From: the human T2T-CHM13v2.0 reference genome, Homo sapiens
Strand: one strand, 5' to 3'
Length of the DNA: 64,000 nucleotides
Assembly: GCF_009914755.1 (NCBI RefSeq)
Contig: NC_060942.1
Positions 40,311 through 56,509 of this stretch are shown here, in pieces. The notes beneath the pieces are model-generated. The model saw only the letters and a program-made list of their open reading frames with translations. It had not been told where the DNA came from and did not search any database. Positions within the stretch are counted from its first letter, which is position 1; the number at the start of each line of letters is the position of its first letter. A program made the translations under genes and the position numbers.

Positions 40311-40788
40311 TAACAAAATTAGAAAACCTATTAATGTTGAACAAAACTGACAATGCAGGATGGAGGAAAAGAATTAATCCTCCCGATACAAAGTATACAG
40401 GGGAGAGGAAAATGGAGATAATCTAGATGGGATAGGGAATGTGTCAAAGGGAGACTGATCGTGCACTACAGTACAAGAAGGGAAAACTAGAAGTCCAGGT
40501 CCTTCAAGAGAAATGTGTGAGGTTTAAGAGTATATAAAAAGTGAGAAGCAGGCAGAAATGGCATGTGAGTGCGTTCTAAGCACCAACTTGTGTTTAACTG
40601 CAGTTTTGTTGTTTACAAAAACAATTTAAGGTATGCTTAACATGTGAGATCAAAGAATAAACTTTTTAAGTGTTGAATGGCTACTATGTACTTACTAAAC
40701 TTAGATCGACAATCTCTAGATGATGAAAATTGTAAGATTTTTAAGCTATTTTCTAAGCTTCTTCAGTTCTCAGTTTCCTTAGTTTTCT

Positions 40789-40925
40789 TTTTTTTCTTTT
40801 GTATTTTTAGTAGAGACGGGTTTCACCGTGTTAGCCAGGATGGTCTCGATCTCCTGACCTTGTGATCCATCCGCCTTGACCTCCCAAAGTGCTGGGATTA
40901 CAGGCGTGAGCCACTGCGCCCAGCT
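40789..40925 (-). mobile_element. AluY left monomer only, with TSD
   Basis: Y-type 'accgtgttagccaggatggtctcgatctcctgaccttgtgatcc'; TSD CCTTAGTTTTCT at 40777-40788 and 40926-40937. Confidence 0.9.
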
Positions 40926-41346
40926 CCTTAGTTTTCTAATGGCCTTACCAGCCAATAATCTAAATGGGAACAGGCTCATAAAACCCATCTCAAGCCAAGA
41001 AGGATGGGAACCTTTTAAGGCCTACAAATAGCTCAACTGCATCATCTATCCTGAAGTGTCCTTAAAGGTAGTTGAGGGATTCTGGCTCCCTAGTTCAATG
41101 ATGCTAAATGGTTTATGTAATTCCAGAGGAAATAAGAAATATCTCTGTGAGCTTTGTGGCGTTATATCTGGTAATTATCAAGGCTGACTCAAGAATATGT
41201 ATAAGTGGAAAAGTAAACTTTCAAAATCCAAATTGGTTAAAGATTGAGTGTATAAGAAAACAGAGCAGGCAATTATTAATTGTTGTTATAGATTTTGTGT
41301 AATAAATTATTTAAACTTACCATCACCACGGACACATCAGCACATG

Positions 41347-41387
41347 TCCACATCCATACCTCCACATCCACACCTCCACATCCACAC
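41347..41387. repeat. 14-bp tandem repeat, about 3 copies
   Basis: tccacatcca(t/c)acc units. Confidence 0.8.
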
Positions 41388-41424
41388 ACTTAAAATCAAA
41401 TCTTTAGCATCTTTCCATGGTTCC

Positions 41425-43905
41425 TGATATGGTTTGGATCTTTGTCCTCTCCAAGTTGCATGTTGGAATGTGATTTTCTTTGTTGGAGGTGGGGCCTAAT
41501 GACTGGATCATGAAGGGGGGATCCCTCATGAATGGTTTAGCACCATTCTCTTGGTAATGAGTTCACACTCAGTCAGTTCATACAAGACCTGGTTGTTTAA
41601 AAGAGCTTGAGACCTCCCCATTCCCTCTGTCTTGCTCCTTCTCTTGTTATGTGACAATGGCTCCCATTTGCCTTCTGCCATAATTGTAAGCTTCATGAGG
41701 CCCTTACCAGAAACAGATGTCTGCACCTTGACTCCTGTACAGCTTGCAGAACTGTGAACAAATTAAACCTCTTTTATTTATAAATTATCCTGTCTCAGGT
41801 ATTTCCTTATAGCAATGCAGAAATGGAATGACACAGAAAATTGGTACCAAGGATGGGGGGCATTGCTATAAAAATATGAAGATGTGGAGGTGGTTTTGGA
41901 ACTGGGTTAGCAGGCAGAGGTTGGAAGAGTTTAGAGGGTTCAGAAGAAGAAAGGAAAATGAGTGACAGTTTTAAACTTCTTAGAGACTGGTTAAATGGCT
42001 GTGATCAAAATGCTGACAGAGATGTGGATAGTGAAGTTCAGGCTGATGTGCTCTCAGATGGAAATGAGGAATTTATTGGAAATGGGAGTAAAGGCCATGT
42101 GTATTACACCCTCAAAAATCTTGGCTGCATTGTGTTTATGCTTAGGGATCTATGGAAGTTTGAATTAAAGAATGATGACCTGGGGTAGCTGACAGAAGAA
42201 ATTTCTAAGCAGGAAAGCATTCAAGAAGTGGCCTAGCTACTTCTAACTACCTGTGATCAGATGTGGGAAAAAAAGGAATGACTTAAAGTTGGAACTTATA
42301 TTTAAAAGGGAAGTAAAGCATAAAAATTTGGAAAGCTCACAGACTACCCTTGTGGCATGCATTTTCAAGAGAGTAATATGAGTGTGCTACAGAGCAACCA
42401 GTTGCTGGAGAGATTAGCATGACTGAAATGGAGTCAAGTGCTCCATCCAAGTGTTCCTTTTCCCCATTCAAGTCAATAGGGAAAAGGCCTAGAAGGCATT
42501 TCAGAGATCTTCTAGGCAGTGTCTACCCATACAGGCCCAGAGGGCTAGGAAGAACAAATGATTTACAGGGCCATGCCCAGGGTCCCGCTATGTCGTGTAG
42601 CCTTAGGACACTGCTCCCCACATCCAGGATGCTCTGACTCCAGCCTTGGCTCAAAGGGCCGCAGGTACAGCTCCAGCTACCACTTAGAGAGTGCAAGCCA
42701 CCATAAGCCTTGGCAGCTCCCCCATGGTGTTAAGTCTGCAAGCACACAGAATGCAAGAGTATAGGAGGCTTCGTAGTTTCCACCTAGATTTCAGAGGATA
42801 TATGGGAAAGTCTGTGTGCCCAGGCAGAAGCCTGCCACAGAGGAGGAGCCCCTGGAGAGAGACTCTACTAGGGCAGTGCCAAGGGGAAATAAGGGGTTGA
42901 AGTCCCCACCAGGTCATTGCCTAGTGTAGCTGTGAGAAAGGGGCTGCTGCTTTCAAGACCCAAGTATGGTAGAACCAACAACAGGTTGTACCCTGAGCCT
43001 AGAAAAGCCATAGACATTCAAGTTCTACACATGAGATAAGCCACGGGGGCTGCACCCCACAAAGTCACAGGGGCAGAGCTGCCCAGGTTCTTGGCAATCC
43101 ACCCCTTGCACGAGTGTGCCCTGGATGAGCAACATGGAGTCAGGGGAGATTATTTTGGAGTTTTAATATTTAATGAATTCCCTGCTGGGTTTCAGACTTG
43201 CTTAGGGCCTATCATCCCTTTATTTTGGTTATTTTTTCCCTTTTGGAAGGAGAATGTATACTCAATCCTTGTTCCATCATTGTATCTTGGAGTAACTAAC
43301 TTGTTCTTGATCTTACATGCTCATATATGGAAGAAACTCATCTCCAGATGAGAATTTGGACTTGGGACTTGGAACTTTTGAATTAAAGCTAGAAGAAGTT
43401 GAGAATTTGGGAGACTATTCTGAAGGCATTATTATATTTTTGAAATGTGAGACAGGCATGTGATTTGAGGGCCATAGTCAGAATGATGTGGTTTGGATAT
43501 CTGTCCCCTCCAAATCTCATGTTGAAATGTAATTCCCAATGTTGGAGGTGGGGCCTGTTGGGAAGATATTAGCTCATGGGAGTGGGTCCCTCATGAATGG
43601 CCTAGCACCATCCCTTTGGTAATAAGTGAGTTTATATTCAGTTATTTTATGCAAGATCTCGTTGTTTAAAGGAGACTGGGACATCAGTTTTATCTCTCTC
43701 TTGTTCCCTTTCTCGTCATATGGCACACTGGCTCCCATTTGCCTTCTACCATGATTATAAGCTTTCTGAGGCCCCTACCAGAAGCAGATGCTAGCATCCT
43801 GCTTCCTGCAAAGGCTATAGAACTGTGAGCCAATTAAACGATCTTTCTTTATAAATTACCCAGTCTCAGGTATTTTTTAGAATAACACAATAAAGGACTG
43901 ACAAA
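41425..43905 (+). mobile_element. Two-LTR MST (MSTB-like) ERVL-MaLR provirus: 5' LTR 41425-41835, internal 41836-43483, 3' LTR 43484-43905
   Basis: Both LTRs start tgat(a/g)tggtttggat and carry 'attaaac..ttt.tttataaatta.cc.gtctcaggtattt'; internal starts 'gaaaattggtacc'; TSD GTTCC/GCTCC. Confidence 0.92.
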
Positions 43906-45636
43906 GCTCCCCTGGGAATACTGAGAATCTGGAGGTTTTGCTTGAACTGGAACCACATTTAAAGCCTATATTGACTACAGGCCAACTGGGAGTTACTTTG
44001 AAGGTAGATGAGATATAGACACGTGAGCTGACAGAGAGAGATGAAACCCAGTGGTTTTTCAATAGTAAAGTGAATTCCAAAATATGAAGGTAAATACACA
44101 TCCCCAAAGTGTCTGCCTGATAATGAACATTTCTAACAAATTTCCAAGTGATGTGGATGCTGTTTCTCTGGCCTCTACATTTGAGAATCTTTAGTCTTTT
44201 TGCATCTGTCTAATTTTAATTGAAGTAACTGAAGCCTAGAAATTTTGAATCACTCTGTAGCTAAAGGCTAGTTACAAAAAATTTGAATCACTCTCAAAGT
44301 TTCTAAAATTATACTAATATTTGTATCCAGTAAATATTTATTGACCAACTAGTACTGACAAAGGCATGTTCTTCTCACTACTCCCACCAACTTAGAATGT
44401 GGCCCAGTGACCATGGAAATTTTTGAAAAAGATATTGTGCTTTTGCTAAATGTCCTGTGTGCACACTTTCAAAGGATCTTTGCATGTCTTTTAGGTGAAG
44501 GAAAGATCTGGCACACAGTGTCTGACTCCAGTGGCCTGGCCTCCTGCCATGGAACTATATGCAGGTGGGCATGACTGGGCCCTTTCTGTTCTGTTTATAG
44601 TACATTTTTCTTTTTTGGATGCCTCCTTCTCAGCCAGCGATTTTGGCCACCAAAGGTGACTTCATTTAACTTTATTTCGAAAATATCTCCCCTTTTTTCT
44701 GTCACAGAAAACTTGGCCAGAAAGCAAAGTTAAGAACAGATAATATGACCCAGGCTAACAAGGTGTGATTATTTCCCTCACCATAGAAAACTGTGGAATG
44801 ACTGGCCAAGCAACTGGGAAGTTTGGGGTGCTTGCATTGACCCCCATTGAAGAGGACAGTAAGGCAAAATTTTGGTTAGAATAGTTTATCCTGAACTGGA
44901 GATATTGCTTCTAATAAGACATCATTATGGAGTGTTCTATTAGCATGGCTCTGGACAACAGGTCAATTATTTCTGTCTCCAATTCTGAAACCAGGGGGAG
45001 ATCAAAGGGTTGTGGAAGAGGTTAATGACCGAAATAAGTTTAACAAATAAAAGGAAAAAATGTTCTCTACATGCAGCATGGGGTCAACCCCTAAAGTCAC
45101 TTTAAGAATAGGTCACAAAGTCAAATACTGCAGAGCTGTGTTGTAGAAGAGCTGAGCAAGTTTATAATGAATAATGGTGTTTACATAATATGATGGGTTT
45201 GGGCTGGAAGCTGAGGGCTACAGAGATCAACAGTAAGTACTGACCCTACCACCTTTGAAAGAGTTTTATTTTTTTTTGACCAGAGTGGGAAGCTCAGTGT
45301 CCAGACAGGCTTAATCCAGATCTGCATTAATCTGCTCTCATTATCCTGCTTCTTTCCTGATTAGCTGGAGGTCAAAAAATCTGGACTTGTACATGCTGAC
45401 TGCCTGACCTGCTGAGGTGGATGGCAGATGCAGGGCAGCCTTCAGACCTGAGTAAGAGAAAGTCCATCTCAATGTCCTCCTGGGCTTTCAATTCAGTGAC
45501 AAATTGCAGGGTAAAAATCTTCCGATTGGGGTGAGGTGGGATTCTTTTCAAAAGTCTTTCCAGAGCAAATGAGTTTGCATGAAAATCTGACACTAGTAAT
45601 CACATACTTTGGCACAGAGAAATAGGTTGGAATAGA

Positions 45637-45662
45637 GTGTGTGTGTGTGTGTGTGTGTGTGT
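45637..45662. repeat. (GT)13 microsatellite
   Basis: Direct reading. Confidence 0.97.
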
Positions 45663-45994
45663 TGGGGGTGAAAGGTGAAGGATGGTCTGGAGGGGAATGT
45701 TTTCCCAGAAAAGAAGCACTTTTACAAGTGTCAACAGGATGACTAAAGTGATGCAACTTTTGTTTTTAAAAAGAAACGAAACTTTATGCATCTACAGGAG
45801 TGTTATTATTTTTTGAAAAAATGAACCTGAGATGATATACCTCTTCCAAAAATCCTACATCATCTCAAACATGGTTGGAATGACCCTTTGAATGTTGCCT
45901 TTAGAGCTAATAATGTATTCTTTTCATGTATTTCTTATTATAACAAAGTTTCAACATTTTTTAAAGGTAAAATTAAATAACAAAGTCTGTGCTT

Positions 45995-46200
45995 ATCCTG
46001 TCTCTGTCTCTTAAGATTGGGATAACCTTAGGTAAGATATTTGCCTTCTCTGTGCCTCAGTTTCTCCATCTGTAAAGACACAATAGATTATATCTACCTC
46101 CTGGAGTCATTGGGAGAAATAAATAAATTAATACACTTAAAAAGTCCAAACAGTGCCTTTAATAGAGTAAGGGACTTTGTAAAATTTAGTTAATATTATA
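45995..46200 (+). mobile_element. MIR
   Basis: 'accttaggtaagatatttgccttctctgtgcctcagtttctccatctgtaaa'. Confidence 0.85.
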
Positions 46201-48479
46201 ATTGAGACAATTATATTATAATTGAAAAAATAGAAATTACTAAATTGAACACTATTCTTTAGGATGCAAAACAATTAATGAGATGAATGTCATGAGACAA
46301 AAGCTGTTGGCATGTATGTGCTAGAATTATTCTCTACCACCTTCCCCATCATCTTTATTCAGAGCGTTTTCTCCTGTCAGGTTTATGCATTAATTCAAGA
46401 GGAGAAAAAATTATCTATCTTGGGGAAAGTATCTCCCCAACTTGTAAATTTCCCATGAAGCTCCCTCTTCAAAATCATTCAATAAACATCTTCATGTGGT
46501 GCCCACAATTCATGACACTTTTCCCTTCCCCATAAATAATTAAAATTTGCCAGAAAATGGAAGTAATGTTTGTGTGTTTGTTTTTAACTTTTCTTTAAAA
46601 GCCACTGCTAGCTTACCTGACCCAATATTTTAAAACTTATTTACCATGTAAAGCGGAGCCAGAGTCCCAGTACTCATTGTGTAGTGCAGTAAAAAGAATG
46701 CCCTCTAGCTGTAACAAAGTATTGCTAGGACAGAGGGCTAAATCACAAAGATTCAGCTATCCAGGCTACTAAGTACCTTTAGCAAATGAGAGCAATTTAA
46801 AGGCAATGTGAAATCTCCTGTGCAGTTGGCTATTTTATACATATGTGCATACACGGTTTAAAGAGAGAAGTGAAAATAAACAACTTAGATAAAATTTGGC
46901 TGGCTTTGTAGCATACTCTGACCTAATCTCCTGCAGTAATAACTTCAAATCCAACCTAATAGAATAGCATAAATAGCAGCGTTTTATCCCAATTAACTCA
47001 GCTTGGCACTAAATAAGCTTGGTTCTATTCTATAAAATTTAAAATACCTCCTCCTGACCACCTGCACACATTCCCATGGTTTGCATATATTTGATTTTAA
47101 TGTTTTTGTTTTGTTTCATTTTGTTGTGTATTTTTGCTTTCTAATAGAGAGGGATGAGAAGTATTGAATGGGAAATTGCTCCAATATGCCCAAATCTCAT
47201 TCCCTTTGCATAGCTCTGAGTATATTCAGTGGGAGAAACAGTTGCTGAGGTCTACAAAAATTGATTCACATTTTTGCCAAATCTTCATGTTTCCTTCTTA
47301 AAGACTAATACACACATGAAAATGTTGCAACCAAACCACCTACAAAATTAAAAAAAAATGATTAAGCACAAAATTTATGGGATACACGTTACTAAACTTA
47401 ATAATCTATAGTATCCTTCATGAGAAATGAAGTCAGTATCCTAGAACCATCAAGGAGACAAGATATATAAATCAACACAGAAATAGATCACACTGATGAC
47501 TTTTCCCTGTTTAAAGAAATGTCAAAGACAAACATATACATGGAATGTAATCAATGTGAATAATAAGAAATAACCATTGTGGGTACTGAACTTTCCATCA
47601 AATTTTTGTTTGAGCTTTCTGGTATATTTTGACATTTAATTCTAAAATTTTAAAAATATATGCAAACAGGAATGAATTGAGGTGCTCCTCTTTTTTTTGT
47701 GGTGAGTTGGTTGTGGTGGAGGGATTTAAAAGATGAAAGAATTGCACACACACAAAAAAGTACTAACATTTCCTAACAAGTTGGCAGATTTTCTAAAAAT
47801 TATTTCTAAATAAGTAAAGATTGCACATGCTTAATAAAATATATTAATCCTTGTGAATCTTCTTCATTGAATTCATACTTAAGCTCCCACTAAGTGTTTG
47901 AAGGAAAATAACCAAAAAAATCTAGAATACTATAAAAATGGTGTCCTTCCAATGTTTTATTCGATTAACAAAGATTATTCACAGAGATTGATGAAATACC
48001 AAAGATGGTCCCAAAACACACCATTTCCATATCTTATGTTTATATTTACCTCTCTGAACTTCTGAGAGTTTACTATTGTTTCTGTGGGCTAGTTTATTAT
48101 GGATCAGATCAACCTAGAGAAATTAGGAAAAGAAATAGAGAGCAGAAAACAGAATATTCTATTTTGCTTCTACTTTCCTTTCTGTCTATATGAATAAAGC
48201 AATGAAATGCAGTGTGAAAAAATGAACATAAGGAGGCTGCATGTGAGTCTTGACTCTGCATTAATTGGTTATTTAATTCTGAACGAATAATGTAACATCT
48301 CTGAGCCTTACTTTACTTGTGTTCAAAATGAGGGTTTGGAACCTAACATAATTACCTTTTCACATTTTAATTATGAAATATTTTAATAACATAGAAGAAT
48401 ATACCAAATGCTATTACAACCAAAGATCTATTAAACATAGTTAACAAATGCAAATATTTTGTGATATTTACTTTAGGTC

Positions 48480-51390
48480 TTTTCTTTAAACATGTGTGAG
48501 ACATAATTTGCACATCATAATATTAATTAATTTTAAATTTCCAACTCAAATATTTTTAGAAAATTTACAGTTTTGTGTAACCATCACCAAAATCCAAGTT
48601 TAAAACATGTTTATCACCTGTAAAATATCTCTTGCATGCCTTTCATTGTCAAGTCCTGCCCCCAGATTCACCGTTTCTTAATATCACATGCAGAGAATCA
48701 AATAGGAGTGGCTTTTTGCATGTGGAGTTTTTCACTTAGCACAGAAGTGGACAAACTGTAGCCCACCGGCCAATTCCTGCTTCACTCTTACTTTTATGAA
48801 CAAAATTGTATTGATTACAGCCACACCCATTAATTTACATAGCATCTATGACTATTTTTTTTCTACAAGGACAAAGTTGAGTAGCTGCAACAGAAATTTT
48901 ATAGACTGCAAAGCTTACAGGAGTTACTACAGGGCCCTTTAAAGAAGTTTGCCAATCCTAGACTTGGCATGTTTTTGAGGTTCAAGATATTGTGGTATAT
49001 TTCAGCTCTCCATACCTTTTTGTTGTTCAGTAGTGTCCTAGCCTATGCATTTATCTCATTTCCTTTATCCATTTCCCAGTTGTGAGATTATTTCCAGTTC
49101 TTGGCTATTTTGAATAATGCTATTATAAATTTGTGACTATCTCTTTGTGCAGAAATATGTTTTCATTTTCTTGGATAGATACCTATGGGTGGAATTGGTG
49201 GCTCTCTGATAAATCTGTGTAATTATTAAGAAACTCTCAAATTGTCTTTCAAAGTGACTAAACTATTTTACATTCCTACCAGGAGGGTATGAGGGTTACG
49301 ACATTTCCACATCCTCACCAATACTTGTTGCCTCTCTTTTAAAGTATAGCTATTCTAGTTATTGTGAAATAGTATCTCATTTAGTTTAAATTTGTGTTTT
49401 TTTAATGACTAGTAATGTTGAACCTTGTTTCATGGTCTTATTGACCTTGTATCTACCTTCCTTTGTTAAATATCTCTTCAAATTCAAATTCTGGACACAG
49501 TCCTTTATTGAATTTGTGATATGTAAATATTTTTTTTCAGTCAAACTTGTCTTTCTATTATGTAATGATGTGTTTTGAAGTGCAGTTTTTAATTTTGATG
49601 GAGTTTAGTTTTATCTTTTTTCAATGGATTTTAGTTTGAGTGTTGTAGTTAAGAAATCTTTGCCTAACCCGATGTAATCAGAATTGTATTGTATGTATTT
49701 TTCTAAGATAACCTTGGATTGAATTCTATTATCCACTTTAATTCTGTGTGTGTGTATGATGCAAGTTAAGTGTTTATATTCATCTTTCTGCACATATATG
49801 TCCAATTGTCCTAGCAAAATTTGTTGAAAAGACTTACCTTTCTCCATTGATTTGTCTTGGTACCTATGCCAAAAATGAGTTAGCTAGAAGTATAAGGGTT
49901 AGTTTCTAGACTTTAGACTCAAATCTGCATATCAGTGCCACACTGTCTTGATTACTGAAGTTTCACAGTAAGTTTTAAAGTACAGAAGCCCATCAACTTT
50001 GTTTTTCTTTTTCAGTATGGTTTTAACTATTCTGGGTCTTTCATATTAACATGTAAATTTCAGAATTAGTTTATGAATTTCTGCAAGAACAAACAAAGAG
50101 CCTGCTGGGATATTTATAATGATTGTTTCAATCTATAGAATAATTTGGGAAGATGTGCCATCTTTATGGTAGATGATAGTAAGTCTTCCGATCCACAGAC
50201 ATGGAGTGTCTCTCCATCCATATAGACTTTAATTTCAACCAGCAAAGTTTTATAGATTTTGGACTACAAGTCTTGTGCTTCGTTTGTTAAATGTATTCTT
50301 AAATCTTTTATTCTGTTTGATTCTCTAGAGAGTGGAATTTTTTTCTTACTTCCACTTTTTAGTTATTCATTGATTGAATATATAAATACAGTGGATGTAC
50401 TATGTATCATGCATCATTGCTGAAACTTTTAATGAGTTCTAATAGCTGATCTTTTTGTGTGTGTAAAGGCGGGTGGTTTGGTTACTTTTTGTGGATTGCC
50501 TAATTTTCAACATACAGGATGATGTCATCTTAGAATAAAGATAGATTCATTTCTTCCTTTTTGATATGAATGCCTTTTATTTATTTTTGTCTCCAGATGA
50601 TTTTGGCTAGAAACTCTAGTATAATGTTGACTAGAAAAGGCAAAAGTGATTATCCTTGCCTCTTTCCTTGTATTATAGGAAAATCATTCAGTATTTCACC
50701 ATTAATTGTGCTGTTAGCTATAGGTTTTTATTAGATGTTTTCAGATATTGAATCACCTTTGCATTGATAGGATAAATCCTTCTTGATTATACTGTATAAT
50801 CCTTTTTATATGTTGCTGTATTCTTTATTTTTAATATTGTTTGAGGATTTTGAGTTCTATATTGAGAGATATTTGTCTCTCATTCTCTTTTCTAATAAAG
50901 TTTTTGTCGGACTTTGGTATCAGAATAATACTGACTTCATAGAACATGATAGGAAGTAATTTTTTCATATTTTATTTACTGGAAGAGCATGAGAAAGATT
51001 GTTATTATTTCATTTTTAAATATTTTGCAGAGTCCTTTACTGAAGTCATCTGGCCCCTAGGTGTTTATTTGTAAGAGGGTTTTTAATTACTACTTCAATT
51101 TCATTATTTGTTCAAATATATTTAGATTTTCAAATTCTTCTTGGTTCACCTTACATTAATTTATTCCTTTTTAGGAATTTGATCACTTCATCTGGGTTGC
51201 CTACTTTGTGTGCACTAAATTGTTCACAATATTTCCTTAAAATCCTTATAGGTTTGGTAGAGTTTGTAGTGATGTACCCTCTGCCGTTCCTAATTTGGGC
51301 GATTTTCTTTTCTTTTTTTTTTTTTTTTTTTTTTTTGGATGTTTTAGTTAAATGTGTAACAATGTTGTTGATCTTTTCAAAAAACTAATA
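48480..51390 (-). mobile_element. Old L1 (L1ME/L1MD-type) 3' UTR and decayed ORF2
   Basis: Antisense L1 motifs 'gtaaccatcaccaaaatccaag', 'ttttacattcctaccagg', 'tccacatcctcaccaatacttg', 'ttgttgaaaagacttacctttctccattga'. Confidence 0.8.
48742..48961 (+). mobile_element. MER58A (hAT-Charlie) inserted in the old L1
   Basis: 'cagaagtggacaaactgtagccc...acagccacaccc...gttgagtagctgcaacaga...aagtttgccaatcctag'; 8-bp TSD ACTT(A/G)GCA. Confidence 0.88.
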
Positions 51391-51536
51391 TGTAAAATAG
51401 CCCACTTTCCCACAGCCTTGCCAATAGAACATGTTTCTCAAACTTATAGAATTTGGCCTTTTTAATATGTGAAAGTTGTATATAAAAATGATTTAATATC
51501 CCTTTTTCTTAGTTTGAGCATTTGTTTCACATGTCT

Positions 51537-54399
<2,863 letters not shown>

Positions 54400-54725
54400 G
54401 AATTTGGGTTCCATAGAATATTATATGTTTTACCTATCTTATACTAGATTATTGGACATATTTTTGCTTGATATTTAGAAGTTTTGGTATATAAGGATAT
54501 AAGCTCTTTATTTGTGATGTAAGTTGAAAATATCTTCTGCTTCTTTTTTTTTTCTTGGACTTTGCATGTGGTGCTCTTGCTGTATAAAAGTTTTCCATTA
54601 AAAATATGTAGTCAAATCTTTCTCCTTTTATTAACCTCTTGTTTGAATCATGTTTTCTTCTGTCCCAGACAATAACGTAATTCTCTCACAACTTCTCTAA
54701 TATTTCTATATTTTTTCTTTGTAAG

Positions 54726-54844
54726 TTTTTTTTTTTTTTTCCCCAGAGATGGTGTCTTGCTATTTGCCCAGGTTTTTCTCAAACTCCTAGCCTCAAGCAA
54801 CCCTCTCATCTCAGCCTCCAAGCAGCAAGCCACTGTGCCTGGCT
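54726..54844 (-). mobile_element. FLAM-type Alu monomer
   Basis: T tail then 'agagatggtgtcttgctatttgcccagg..ctcaaactcctagcctcaagcaa..gccactgtgcctggct'. Confidence 0.75.
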
Positions 54845-55418
54845 CCTATGATTTTATTTTTGCATTTAGACCCCTGATTTATTTGAAATTTATGTGACAT
54901 ATGGTGTAATATTTAGATACAGTTTTATATTGTTCCTAATAATAATTCAGTTGTCCAATAACTAAATCATCATGTGTTTTTGAGAAGTTGTCTTCTCAAA
55001 GAAAACTGCGCTATAAATCAAAATATTAAATGCACTCAAGTGTATGTTTTATGTCTGAACTTATTTCAATTCTTTAGCCTGCTTGCTGATTGATGCACAA
55101 TTATTGCACTTTGTTTTCTCTTTTCAGAGTCTGTGTAATATCCTTTTTTTTCCTACTTGAACGTAGCATTTTGTTTATAAAAGGATTTCTGGTTATTCAG
55201 ACTCATATATATATAGATATAGATAAATATATACATACAACCTTTACAATTCATTAACTGCAAAATAAAATATGACATTTTTAGAGAGATTAAGCTTAAC
55301 TTATAAACTAACTAAAAAATTATTGACCTATTTTAGGTCATTATATACAAAGACAAGATTTCTTTCCATTTCCTTGAATATGGTTTTGTTTGTTTCAAGA
55401 ATGTTTTAAAGTTTTTCT

Positions 55419-56508
55419 TTTTATAATTAATTAATTTTTTATTTCAATAGATTTTTGGGGAACAGGTGGTTTTTGGTTACATGAATAAGTTCTTTAGTGG
55501 TGATTTCTGAGATTATGGTGCACTCGTCACCCGAGCAGTGTACACTGTACCCAGTGTGTAGACTTTTATTTCCCATCCCCATCCCACTCTTTCCCCTGAG
55601 TTTGCAAAGTCCACTGTATCATTCTTATGCCTTTGCATCCTCATAGCTTAGCTCCCACTTATGAATGAGAACACACGATGTTTGGTTTTCCACTCCTGTG
55701 GTGCTTCATTTAGAATAATGGTCTCCAATTCCATCAAGTTTGCTGTGAATGCCATTATTTTGTTTCTTGTTATGCCTGAGTAGTATTCCATGGTGTGTGT
55801 GTGTGTGTGTGTGTGTCACAATTTATTTATCTCCTTGTTGATTAATGGGCCTTTGGGCCTGTTCCATATTGTTGCAATTGCGAATGGTGCTGCTATTAAC
55901 ATGCGTGTGCAAGTATCTTTTTCAAATAATGACTTCCTTTCCTCTTAGTAGATCAATCCCAGGAGTGGGATTAATGGATCAATTGTAGTTCTACTTTTAG
56001 TTCTTTAAGGAATCTCCACACTGTTTTCCATAGTGGTTGTACTAGTTTAGATTCCCACCAGTAGTGTATAAGTGTTCCATTTCACCACAACCACACCAAC
56101 ATCTATTATTTTTGATGTTTTTGACTTGATTGATTTTTGATTACTTCTTGCAGGAGTAAGGTGGTATGGCCTTGTGGTTTTGATTTGCATTTCCCTGATC
56201 ATTAGTGATGTTGAGCATTTTTTTCATATGTTTCCTGGCCATTTGTATATCTTCTTTTAACAATTTTCTATTCATGTCCTTAGCCTACTTTTTGATCGGA
56301 TCATTTGCTTTTTTCTTGCTGATTTGAGTTCCTTGCATTCTGAATATTAGTCCCTTGTCAGATGTACAGATTGTGAAGATTTTCTTCTACTCTGTGGGTT
56401 GTCTGTTTATTCTGCTGATTGTTTCTTTTTCTTTTCAGTTTAATTAAGTCCCATCTATTTATTTTTGTTTCATTGTGTTTGCTTTTGGGTTTTTGGTCAT
56501 GAAGTCTT
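55419..56508 (-). mobile_element. L1PB1-like 3' segment of a twin-primed insertion
   Basis: 'tttttggggaacaggtggtttttggttacatgaataagttctttagtggtgatttctgaga' is the antisense L1PB 3' end; ends at 'ggtcatgaagtct'. Confidence 0.9.
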
Positions 56509-56509
56509 A

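Noticed and set aside
41958-43351. Several ORFs in the MST internal region
   Set aside because: Fragmented remnants of the MaLR internal ORF; no intact frame
44990-45180. Possible CR1/L3 3' remnant
   Set aside because: Similarity too weak to support by eye
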